Shown here: piece by piece, positions 53,680-64,000 of the stretch
Numbering within the stretch: position 1 is the first letter of the stretch
How the letters are laid out: every line of letters starts with the position of its first letter
Translations under genes and position numbers: made by a program
Assembly (NCBI GenBank): GCA_040954595.2
Contig: CM082586.2
Location: forward strand, 9,579,337-9,643,336
From: Balanoglossus misakiensis
Lineage: Eukaryota; Animalia; Hemichordata
Direction: 5' to 3'
Length of the DNA: 64,000 nucleotides
Notes under the pieces: model-generated
The model's input: the letters and a program-made list of their open reading frames with translations, nothing else
Database searches by the model: none
What the model was told of the DNA's origin: nothing

Positions 53680-55929
53680 CACGATGTGTACTCCAAAAAG
53701 TCCAAATTTTTCGCACTATTTGCAGCATAACTCCAATGATGTTATTTGCACTGCTGCGGTGCAAATAAGAGTTCCCTGCACCGCAGCGGTGCGAATAAGA
53801 GTTCCCTGCCCCGCAACGATCTGACAGTTCTTTATTCACTCGTCGGCGACAAAAACGTTTTATTACGACATAAATAACGAATTTTTCGCTCCATGGTTGG
53901 TCATGCGGACAGAAACACACGGTTTTTGGTGAGTTTATCTTTCTCTCTCCTGAGCACTCCGTATTCAGACTTGCCCAAGTGAACCGCGACAAAATATGGC
54001 CAAGTTTCCCTGCATGTTTCTTATACCCTACAGATAAAAAATGCAGCGTAGATATTGAAATGAATTGGCTTTATGAAAATGCTAAAAATGACACTGATAA
54101 TGTCGTTAAACATTATCACAAAAAAGTGGTCTCGAACCAACATCAGTTGACACCTTCAGGTAAAAGGGTAGCCTTCCTGAACCCTTCGCCATCACGATGT
54201 GTACTCGAAAAAGTCGGAAATTTTTCGCACTATTTTGCAGCATAACTCCAATGATCTTATTTGCACCGCAGCGGTGCAAATGAGAGTTCCCTGCACCGCA
54301 GCAGTGCAAATAATAGTTCCCTGCACCGCAGTGGTGCGAATAACAGTTCCCTGCACCGCAGTGGTGCGAATAACAGTTCCCTGAACAGCAACGATCTGTC
54401 CGTTCTTTATTCCCTCCTAGGCGACAAAAACGTTTTATTACGGCCTAAATAACGACTTTTTCGCTCCTTGGTTGGTCATGCGGACGGAAAGACACGGTTT
54501 TAGCGAGTTTATCTTTCTCTCTGCTGAGCACTCCGTATTCACACTTGCCCAAGTGAACCGCGACAAAAAAATGACCAAGTTTCCCTGCATGTTTCTTATG
54601 CCCGACAGATAAAAAACGCAGCGTAGATATTGAAATGAATTGGCTTTATGAAAATGCTAAAAATTACACTGATAATGTCGTTAAAAATTCTCACGAAAAA
54701 AAAAATAGAAAAAGAAGTGGTCTCGAATCAACATCAGTTGACACCTTCAGGTAAAAGGCTAGCTTTTCTGAACCATTCGCCATCACGATGTGTACTCGAA
54801 AAAGTCGGAAATTTTCGCACTATATTGCAGCATAACTCAAATGATCTTATTTGCACCGCAGCGGTGCTGTTACGATATATAAAAATAGGAAAATTAAGAA
54901 TTTCGCTCATAATAAAGAATTGTAATTTCTATGATTAATTTCCAATTAGATTAGTAACTCTGTGTATAGAGGTCAATAACTCCATGTATAGAGGTCAAAT
55001 ACTTTTAGGTAAGACATTAATTAATAGCCACAACATTTAATTACCTTGGAGATATCGAGTACCTTACAAATAATGAGACCTGGGAATTTCAATCAACGAA
55101 TGAGTTTTAATTACATATTTTACGTAATGTACCTCTATATTATTAAAATACGAGGGAGGAGATGTTTGCATACGATGGTTGCTAGTCCTTGTATTCGATC
55201 ACCTTCAGTTGGTCGTGATCTTGACAGAGATAATTTCTTCTTTGAGAACCGACAGCCAATCCGAAGGATATTTCAGTGTGTAATAATTTTGTAATTGGAC
55301 GATCAAGAATATGCCGATGTGTTGTAAAGTTGTAATTGGACAATGAGAATCACACTATGATGAATCTTTGATTTCTCTTCTTTCTCAAAGACATATAAAC
55401 TCTGTAATTTCTTGCTTTTGGGTAGAACAACCATCTTGCAGACAACCGTGTGTTGTAAAGCCTTTGCACCAGAAATAAAGCATTCTGACTCCCACTACTT
55501 CCAGTCTCAACGAGTCTCTACTTTGGTAGATCCTGTACACCTCTTTGCTACTGCAAAGTTAGAGTACCATCTGGACCAGCCGTAACAGTGCAAATAAGAG
55601 TTCCCTGCAACGCAGCGGTGTAAATAAGATTTCTCTGCACCGCAGCGATCTGACCGTTCTTTATTCACTCCTCGGCGATAAAAACGTTTTATTACGGCCT
55701 AAAAACGCAGCGTAGGTATTGAAATAAATTGGATATATGAAAATAATAAAAATTACAATGATAATGTCGTTAAAAGTTCTCACGAAAAAAAGAAATAAAA
55801 GAGTGGTCTCGAACCAACATCAGTTAACACCTTCAGGTAAAAGGTTAGCCTTTGTGAACCATTCGCCATCATGATGTGTACTCGAAAAAGGCGGAAATTT
55901 TCCGCACTATATTGCAGCATAACTCCAAT
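53680..55929. repeat. Complex tandem repeat, ~510-590-bp units with a variable 30-bp minisatellite; interrupted by a solo LTR
   Basis: CA(C/T)GATGTGTACTC at 53680, 54193, 54784 and ~55870; internal (GTTCCCTGCACCGCAGCGGTGCAAATAAGA)n. Confidence 0.88.
54868..55587 (+). mobile_element. Gypsy solo LTR, 720 bp, 4-bp TSD GTGC
   Basis: TGTTACG...CGTAACA flanked by GTGC at 54864-54867 and 55588-55591; its 3' ~180 bp match the LTR remnant at 55927-56108. Confidence 0.92.
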
Positions 55930-56148
55930 TTCTTGCTTTTGGGTAGAACAACCATCTTGCAGACAACCGTGTGTTGTAAAGCCTTTGCACCAGAAATAAA
56001 GCATTCTGACTCCCACTACATCCAGTCTCAACGAGTCTCTACTTTGGTAGATCCTGTACACCTCTTTGCTACTGCAAAGTTGGAGTACCATCTGGACCAA
56101 CCGTAACATTTGGTGGAGAAGTCCGACGGGTATCGAAGCAAACTCGTT

Positions 56149-57214
56149 GATGACAACACGTAGTGGGACGAGATACAGCATCATAATGGCAGATAACCAA
56201 CTTCCACTACCACTAGAGGCAGAAGTGAAAGCTGAGGCAGAGCCACAACAACCGGCTCCTGAACAAGCGGCAGAAGTACAAGGTGCTGAATGGCAGGGCA
56301 TCTTACAAGCCCAGCTGGCTGAAATCCGTTTGGCTTGTACTGATAGCTCAGACGGTTTATCACCAGCAACCTTCAGAGGTCGTGAAGACGAAAACGTACA
56401 TCAGTGGTGGCAAAGATACCTAGACTTTGCCAACTTCAGGGGCTGGGCGGACGACAAGAAACGAAGCGGCATTGGTCTATACCTTGCCGGAGAGGCCGAA
56501 CGATGGTTCCGGAGCCAGCCTGACGAGGTGAAGAACGACCTCGAGACCATCGGAACTAAGCTGCGGGAACGCTTTGGTAAGTATGGCCCTATGTGGCTGT
56601 ACGACCAACAGCTATACAAGCTTAGACAGCAGCCCCGCCAGTCGGTCGAGCAATATGCAGCTTTGCTCAAAGATAAAAGCGACAAGGCGCAAAAATCCGA
56701 CAGGGAGCTCCTGTCTTTCTTCATGAACGGCCTGAGACCTAAAATACAGGCCTTCGTGGCGGGACGGACTCCTAAGGATTTTGCGTCGGCGTATCTACAC
56801 GCCAAAACAGCTGAAGTTGTCACCAAGCTCCCCTCAGACGAGGATGAACCCACCCCCGGCGTCCGAGCGATCATCGGCCACCTGAACACTTTATCTGAAG
56901 AGATCAAGACCCTTCAGAGCAGAGCAGACCAGAAACCGCAACATCCAGGGGACCGACGTTCAGAACAGAGGCGACCACCTGCCGACTACGCAAGACGACC
57001 ACCTGCCAACTACGCAAGACGACCACCTGCTACCTATGGAGGACGAGCAATACGAAATGCTCAGGTAGAATGCTTTAATTGTCGTCAAATAGGTCATAGT
57101 GCTCCCAATTGTCCTAGTAACTCCCGCAGATATTTTGATACTCGAATTTGTTATTCTTGTAAACAACCTGGGCATATCGCACGAAATTGTCGACGTGCTC
57201 ATTTAAACAATTAA
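56149..57214 (+). CDS. gag: Gypsy Gag with two CCHC zinc knuckles
   Basis: Open frame from MTTRSG; LAGEAERWF, LRQQPRQSVEQY, FMNGLRP; CFNCRQIGHSAPNC and CYSCKQPGHIARNC. Confidence 0.9.
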
Positions 57215-60200
57215 GGCCCACTTGGGATATTTGTTCCGCTGAGTCACCCAGTGAACGGCCGCAATTTGGATTTAATCAGACTCGTAAGGGAGCGCAGGAC
57301 ATAAGGGGCACTAGTGGTCAATCTGATGAAACCCCTATTCTTAGTGATAATAAGATTATTGTTTCCATTTGTTCAAGAGATGTACATTCTTTAATTAATA
57401 CCGGAGCAAACATAACTGTCGCACCAATCCGACTGTTGAAAATGGTTCCTGAACTGAGCAAATATCAAATTTATAAATCTCGTTATCATTCTGTTCAAAC
57501 TGCTGATGCAAGTAAACTAAATGTGATGGGATTTATGAAAATACCTGCTCAAGTTGGGAATCAAACGGTAATTTTATACGTTAACCTTGTCGACACTCTC
57601 AGCCATGATTTAATTTTGGGTGTTGATTTTATGCGACGTTATGGTGCTGTTGTTAATTTCCAAACCAATAGTATAAATTTAAAATCAAAGGTATCTGTCA
57701 GGGCTAGTAATAATGTTTTAATTCCTCCAAATAGCGAAGCAATATTTACAACTAAAGTGTCTTCTAAATTTCGAAATGGTATTCTAGGTTGTGTTAACGA
57801 TAAGAGGTCTAAATTACCTCCTGGTGTTCTAATGGCGAGAAGTTTGGCATATTCCGACAAGAAATTTATTCCTGTGCGTGTTGTTAATACTTTAGAATCT
57901 GAAGTTTGTATAAAGAAAAATACTGTTGTCGGAATGTTCTCGCCCTTGCCTGTTCAAAGTCATATCATTCCTTTAGATAAGCCTAATGTTAGCACAGTAT
58001 CGTCAAGTGTTAAACAGACCAAAACAAATTACTTGTTGACTCAATTGCGATTAGACAACTTAGATGTAAATAATGAAGAGAGGGAACAACTTAAACAGGT
58101 GTTGCTCAGAAACTCTGATGCTTTTGTTGATTCTACTGGCAAATTAGGTCATTGTGATATAATCAAGCATACAATCCCACTTGAGGAGGGGGCCGTACCA
58201 TTTAGACGTCCACCGTACAGAGTAACGCCGGAGAAAAGGCGAGAATTAGAATCACAAGTTGACAAATTATTAGCGCAGGGTATAATTGAACCATCTACCT
58301 CTCCATACGCGAGTCCAGTTGTTTTAGTTCGCAAACCCGACGGATCGTGGCGATTTTGTACTGATTTTCGACAATTTAACTAAATTACCGTGCCTGACTC
58401 TTTTCCCTTGCCGCGAACAGACGAATCACTTGAAATGTTAGGGAGAAGCAAGCCGCAGTATTTTTCCACTTTAGATTTACAGTCTGGATTTTTTCAGTTA
58501 GATTTAGACGAAGAGAGTAGACCTAAGACAGCTTTTGTAACTCATCAAGGGTTATACCAATATCGTCGCCTAGCTCAAGGATTACGCAACAGTGCTAGTT
58601 GTTTTCAACGCACCATGCAATTTGTTTTGCGCAATATTATGTGGCAATATGTACTTTGTTATATCGACGACATAATTTTCAGTAGCACATTCGAAGAGCA
58701 TTTGCAACATCTTGACACAGTTTTGACTAGATTACGCGACGCCGGACTTAAGTTAAAACCCGGCAAATGTCAATTAATGAGAAAGAGCGTTAAATTTCTA
58801 GGTCATATTATAGACCGAGACAGAATCGCTGTTGACGAGAGCAAAGTGACCGCTGTCAAGAATTATCCCCGCCCTCACACTGTCACGCAACTTAAGTCAT
58901 TTCTAGGTTTAGCTAATTACTATCGGAAATTCATTAAGAATTTCTCCATTATCGCCAGGCCATTGCATAAGTTGTTGGGTAAGGATGAAAAATTCCTTTG
59001 GAATGAAAGGTGCGAAGCTGCATTTCAACAGTTGAAACAGGTTTTATGCGAAGCACCGATATTGGGGTATCCTGATTCCAGTAAAGATTTCATTGTTTAT
59101 ACGGATTGTTCCACTCATGCACTTGGTTTTTTATTGGCACAACAACAGGATGGTATTGAACGAGTTTTTTTGTATGGCGGGAGAAGTTTAAATTGTCATG
59201 AACGAAATTATACAGTAACTGAAATGGAAGCATTGGCGGTAGTCCATGCCATTCGTTATTGTGATCAATACATTCGTAATAATCATATCACCATAGTAAC
59301 GGACCATTCCAACTTAACATACATGTTCAAACAGAAAATACCTAAAGGCCGTATTGGACGTTGGATCATGACCATGCAACAATATGACTATGAAATTATT
59401 TACAGACCTGGTAGGAAACATATGAATGCTGACGGGTTGTCAAGGCGACCTTATCCCCAGTGTGAAGGGTACAAGTCTGATGTAACTAACTTAGAGCAGG
59501 CACCCGAGATAAACTACAAACCTAATAGCCAAATCGTAATGTTAGATAAGTCTGTAAATACTGAGCCATCACATCCGCTTGGTGTAAAAAATGTTGAGAT
59601 AAGGCATCGACCGGAACCTGAGGTTAATGATTCTCCTAATACTGAGGCCACCTCAGGGTACGGGACTTTAACTCGTAGCTCCGATAATTCCTCTCAGTCA
59701 CAAATCGAGGATACATTTGATGAAGAGGTTCAATCACAAATGAAGGGAGAGCAAAGAAAGGATAGTTATCTAAATAAATTTCTTAATTATTTGGAGAATG
59801 ATGAATTGCCTACTGATCTCAAGCTAGCTCGTAAATTCGTTAATATGGCTCCAAATTATGACATTGTTGACGGGGTTTTGTATCATTTTTGGAAACCCAC
59901 GGGGAAATCAATTGATAAGCTTGACTGTGTTAGGCAGGTCGTAATACCTAAATCTTTACGAAATTATGTCTTAAGGGGGGCTCACGATTGTGTTTTGGGG
60001 GGACATTTAGGGTATACCAAGACGTTAGGAGTTCTGAGGCAGAGATATTTTTGGGAACGAATGCCTCGGGACGTTAACATGTACGTTAAGACGTGCGCAC
60101 ATTGCCACACAAGAAAACGAGCCACACCCCCAACACACGCCAAGTTGTTACCTATTCCAGTTTCAGGACCCTGGGACCGATTGGGTATGGATATTGTGGG

Positions 60201-60988
60201 ACCACTCCCTAGAACTTATGATGGTCATACTCATAAGTACATTCTAGTACTCACTGACTACTTTTCTAAAATCCCACTAGCGTATCCATTACGAAATGCA
60301 CGAGCTGAGACAGTTGCTAAGGTCTTGTTTGATGAAGTCATCGCTACTTATGGCAGTCCAAGAGTTTTGATGAGTGATCAGGGATCGAATTTTTTGTCTC
60401 AAGTTGTTCAAGAAACTTGTAAATTCTTCAACATTCAAAGGAAAGTTTCCACCCCTTATCGTCCACAAACTAATGGCCTTACAGAGCGTTTTAATGGTTG
60501 CTTAGTCGACATGCTATCCATGTGTGTCGATAGTAAACAGAAAGATTGGGATCGGTGTTTAAGTTCAGTGATTAAGTTCAGTGCTTTTCGCTTATAGAGT
60601 TAGCCCTCAAGAGTCCAGTGGGTTCAGCCCTTTTTATCTGTTATACGGTCGGCATCCCACATTGCCCATGGATGTTGAATTCCAACCAGTGGAGGGTAGG
60701 ACAAGAAATATAGATACACACCTTAAACACTTAGCCACAAAAAGGGATATAGCTCATCGATACGCCAAACAAAACATAGATAGATATCAGCAGAATATGA
60801 AAGACCGCTATGATCAAAATATCCAGCGGTCACAGACTCTTAAAGTAGGGGATCCTGTTTATTTATATACACCCGCTGTTAAGCCTGGGGTTAATAAGAA
60901 GTTTGTACATAAATGGACGGGTCCGTATGTAATTTCAGAAGCAGTTTCCCCATGGAATTATAAATTGAGACACTTAAATAGCAATAAG
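57187..60988 (+). pseudogene. pol: Gypsy Pol (protease, RT, RNase H, integrase), inactivated
   Basis: LINTGA (catalytic D to N), ILGVDF; WRFCTDFR, LDLQSGF, YIDDII; YTDCS, TDH; H..H..C..C, MDIVGP, SDQG, NGLTER, WTGPY. Stop at 58381-58383; frameshift from the TTAAGTTCAGTG duplication at 60559-60583. Confidence 0.95.
57202..57208 (+). promoter_or_regulatory. Putative -1 ribosomal frameshift slippery site T TTA AAC
   Basis: X XXY YYZ heptamer in the gag frame just before the stop, with pol overlapping in the -1 frame. Confidence 0.75.
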
Positions 60989-61499
60989 AAATATAGCTGC
61001 AAGCAGCGATAGTGGGCCCAAGCCGAAATAGCACATAGGAACATAGCAATAAGCAATAGTGTTTGGTGCTTATTTGTGCGAAATGTAAAGATAGGATGCT
61101 ATTAATTTATGTAGAAGTCTTCATTCATGTCAGTTTAAGGTGAAAGGTCCTGTGAGGTCACTGTAAATTTGGGGCAAAAAGTGTGGACTCCCATACTAGT
61201 CTATGTGCAACAAAAACCAAACTCTACTTGCACTGGTTAGCCTGGAATTAGGTATGTACATAATTTATGAGATAGGCAGGTGTAGCAGGTGCGTTGCAAA
61301 TGAAGCTTTTCATTTTTGGCACATAGTGTACATTAATGTTTAATGATTGAAGGAGTGTTGAATGTAGTTAACGTAGGTTTGTTGATAGTGAGGCATTCAA
61401 AGAAGTTGACAAGGGAAAAATTAGAGTCAAGAGGCAGTTGTAAATAAGTAGGCAGTTATTTATTTTAATCTCTGGCTGAACATAGAGGTTAAGAGGAAT

Positions 61500-62455
61500 G
61501 GGAAACTATGGGGTTGAAGTTATCAAGATATACTCATATGCTGTGATGCTCAAGCAAAATGCAGTAAAAAATATAAATAGAAAGTGAAACAAAGATTTCT
61601 CAAGAATGTTAAATAACAACAGCTAGACTATATTGAACTTGTGCACATAGTAAAAAAACATAGTTCACAACTTGTTAAAAAACAAAGCTTTCCAAAGAAT
61701 GTTGAAGGGACAAAGTCTGTCTGTCGCTGCCCTTTGGTTTTGAACTATGGGTTTGAAGTTATCAAGATATACTCAAATGCTGTGATGCTCAAGCAAAATG
61801 CAGGAAAAAATATAAATAGAAAAGTGAAACAAAGATTTCGCAAAAATGTTAAATAATAACAGTCGAACTATATTGAACTTGTGGACATAGTGAAAAACAT
61901 AGTTCACAAGTTGTCGTTAAAAGCAAAGCTTTTCAAAGAATGTTAAAGGGGCAAAGTTTGTCTCTCGCTGCCCTTTGGTTTTGAACTATGGGTTTGAAGT
62001 TATCAAGATATACTCATATGCTGTGATGCTCGAGCAAAATGCAGTAAAAAATATAAATAGAAAAGTGAAACAAGATTTCGCAAAAATGTTAAATAATAAC
62101 AGTCGAACTATATTGAACTTGTGGACATAGTGAAAAACATAGTTCACAAGTTGTCGTTAAAAGCGAAGCTTTCCAAAGAATGTTAAAGGGGCAAAGTTTG
62201 TCTCTCGCTGCCCTTTGGTTTTGAACTATGGGTTTGAAATTATCAAGATATACTCATATGCTGTGATGCTCAAGCAAAATGCAGTAAAAAATATAAATAG
62301 AAAAGTGAAACAAAGATTGTGCAAAAATGTTAAATAATAACAGTCGAACTATATTGAACTTGTGGACATAGTGAAAAACATAGTTCACAAGTTGTCTTTA
62401 AAAGCAAAGCTTTCCAAAGAATGTTAAAGGGACAAAGTCTGTCTTTCGCTGTCCT
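61500..62455. repeat. Four-copy ~240-bp tandem repeat
   Basis: AACTATGGG(G/T)TTGAA at 61504, 61743, 61984 and 62224. Confidence 0.95.
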
Positions 62456-62600
62456 TTTCTATTAATAATGTTTGATACAAGACAGTGTTCGTATTATTCT
62501 ACATGTGGATATATAGAGAATCCATATTCAATGACAAACAACTTGCATCGTGTTTGTAGGATGTGATAGTGGGAGAAACGCCATGAAATGAGTATGATAA

Positions 62601-63692
62601 CTACTGTGAGTGAAGGGTGAATGATGTGATGACGCGGCTGTGGATGTCATAGGTAATGGAGAAGTCATGAGTTTCAGTCAGGAAGGTGGATGCTATGTTA
62701 TCAGAAGTGAAGAGTACGAGTGGGTTTCCTTGTGGTTGGCCGTAATGTTGGGGGTTCAGTGTAGATAGGTATGCTGTAAGTGTGGTTTTGTGAAAGTATA
62801 GTTCCAGGTATTCGTCATTGTGTTGTACTGTAATTGAACCGGTGAACTGGATGGGCATGTTTGTGGTATGTTGGGACGAGTGGCATTTTGTGCATTTTAT
62901 CAGAGTTGGGAGTGTGTCATTTGGGTATGGTATGGTTTGGTTGCAGTTGTGTTTTATACATGTCAGGGTTTTTTGGAATGAGCATAGGTGTGGTTTGGTT
63001 ATCAGGGTGTTTGTGTTTGGGTCAGTGTAGTGAGTGGTGTAGTTTTGCAGTGTTGTGGTTGGTGTGATTTTTGTGTTTGTGTGTGTGGATAAGTATTTTT
63101 GGCCGAGGTAAGATCTAACTGTTACTTCATTGAAACTGTATGATGTGTTAATGTGTAGGCTGTTGCTGAATGGCCCCCAAGCTGACAAGCGAATGGCTGT
63201 GGTGTGATCGGAAATTATGTTGTTTCTCATGGGAAGTGATTTGTGTGTAGATTTTAAGCCATACTGAATGTTGTCCTGTTGTATGATGTGTGCAGTGATG
63301 TTGATGTGTTCGTAATCTTTTTTCATGTGGACTGTATTTAGGGGAGTGATGATGTTTGGTTGCTGACAATAAGGGAATGTGCATGTGTTAATGATTTTTA
63401 TGGTTGTGTTGATTTGCAGTTTGATCTCGTCTTCGTCAAGTTTGTTAAAGCATGGTTGAAATTTTATGTCATAGAGAGTAATGGGTAGTTTCCCTGTAGC
63501 TGCAATGTTGAGAGAATCGTAATGTTTTTGTGCTGAAAATGATATGAATCTGATGTATGTACTGGTGTTTGTTTGTAGCTGTCCGGTGAGTCTTGTGCCT
63601 GTCTGATGCAAGTTGTGGACATACCCAGTGGCTGTTGTTGGTTTGGTTGTTGCAGATGCTGGATTGTGGATTTGTAGCATTCTTCGTTTCAT
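62601..63692 (-). CDS. RPA70-like multi-OB-fold ssDNA-binding protein with C4 zinc ribbon, probably rolling-circle element cargo
   Basis: 363-aa open frame; SDHTTAIRLSAWG...YSFNEVTVRSYLGQKYLST...TKI fits an RPA/SSB OB fold; CIKHNC...CTKC; acceptor-like TTTCCAG just upstream of the ATG. Confidence 0.65.
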   Translation of the reverse strand: MKRRMLQIHNPASATTKPTTATGYVHNLHQTGTRLTGQLQTNTSTYIRFISFSAQKHYDSLNIAATGKLPITLYDIKFQPCFNKLDEDEIKLQINTTIKIINTCTFPYCQQPNIITPLNTVHMKKDYEHINITAHIIQQDNIQYGLKSTHKSLPMRNNIISDHTTAIRLSAWGPFSNSLHINTSYSFNEVTVRSYLGQKYLSTHTNTKITPTTTLQNYTTHYTDPNTNTLITKPHLCSFQKTLTCIKHNCNQTIPYPNDTLPTLIKCTKCHSSQHTTNMPIQFTGSITVQHNDEYLELYFHKTTLTAYLSTLNPQHYGQPQGNPLVLFTSDNIASTFLTETHDFSITYDIHSRVITSFTLHSQ

Positions 63693-64000
63693 GGAAGGAG
63701 CTGGAAATATAGACAGTAATAGTGTGATTGTGTAGTGAATGTTAAGGGTGTGTATTTCAGTTGCTGAGAATATAGATAAGTGGAAGTTAAAGGGACAAAT
63801 TCCTCTCTTGCTGCTGTTTCAACATTAATTATGTTTGATACAAAACACTGTTCATGTAATTCTACAAGTAGATATATAGTGAATTAATGTTTGACCATAT
63901 ACAACTTTTATGGTGCTTGTTGACATATTGAAATGAATAATTATTCTGTACTGTGTATTCATAGAGGCGAATTTGTACTGTTGTATGATATAAACGGGGT

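Larger units (their letters stand above)
55927..60988 (+). mobile_element. Ty3/Gypsy retrotransposon: partial 5' LTR, PBS, gag, pol; 3' end interrupted
   Basis: LTR remnant 55927-56108 ending CGTAACA; PBS TGGTGGAGA (complementary to a tRNA-Ala 3' end); PR-RT-RH-IN order. Confidence 0.95.
60989..64000 (-). mobile_element. Helentron-type element inserted in the Gypsy integrase; 3' terminus visible, extent beyond ~61320 inferred
   Basis: Minus strand ends GCTTGGGCCCACTATCGCTGCTTGCAGCTATATTT, the same terminus type as 46477-46512; one reversed 240-bp core copy at ~61140-61300; Gypsy sequence never resumes in the window. Confidence 0.6.

Noticed and set aside
54868-56108. Two LTRs of one small element enclosing 55588-55926
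   Set aside because: The first LTR has its own TSD on both sides, the enclosed DNA is tandem-repeat sequence, and the PBS follows the second LTR.
55780-56907. Antisense ORFs of 173 and 168 aa
   Set aside because: Shadows of the GC-richer gag frame and LTR; no independent motifs.

Overview
Gene-free metazoan heterochromatin, probably the edge of a satellite array; the organism cannot be identified from the sequence. Bases 1-28374 are a tandem satellite of 175/192/194-bp monomers arranged in higher-order repeats (mostly 947 bp, with 1141-, 1896-, 2019- and 3045-bp periods), and all 64-65 aa ORFs there are artefacts. The rest is nested, mostly decayed mobile DNA: three TTAA-flanked RR..YY Kolobok-type elements (one a 640-bp-arm foldback with THAP-like and KolX-like remnants), a near full-length Ngaro-type tyrosine-recombinase retrotransposon, a gag-only split-direct-repeat element with a palindromic junction, an L1/Tx1 LINE, two Gypsy families, a pogo-like transposase pseudogene, and three Helentron-type elements, the last next to an open RPA-like OB-fold ORF. 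Best leads: an in-frame splice joining the gag N-terminus to the recombinase in the Ngaro element; the gag-only element with its att-like site and hairpin array; and the GT-skewed RPA-like ORF. All family calls come from reading motifs by eye, not from database searches.
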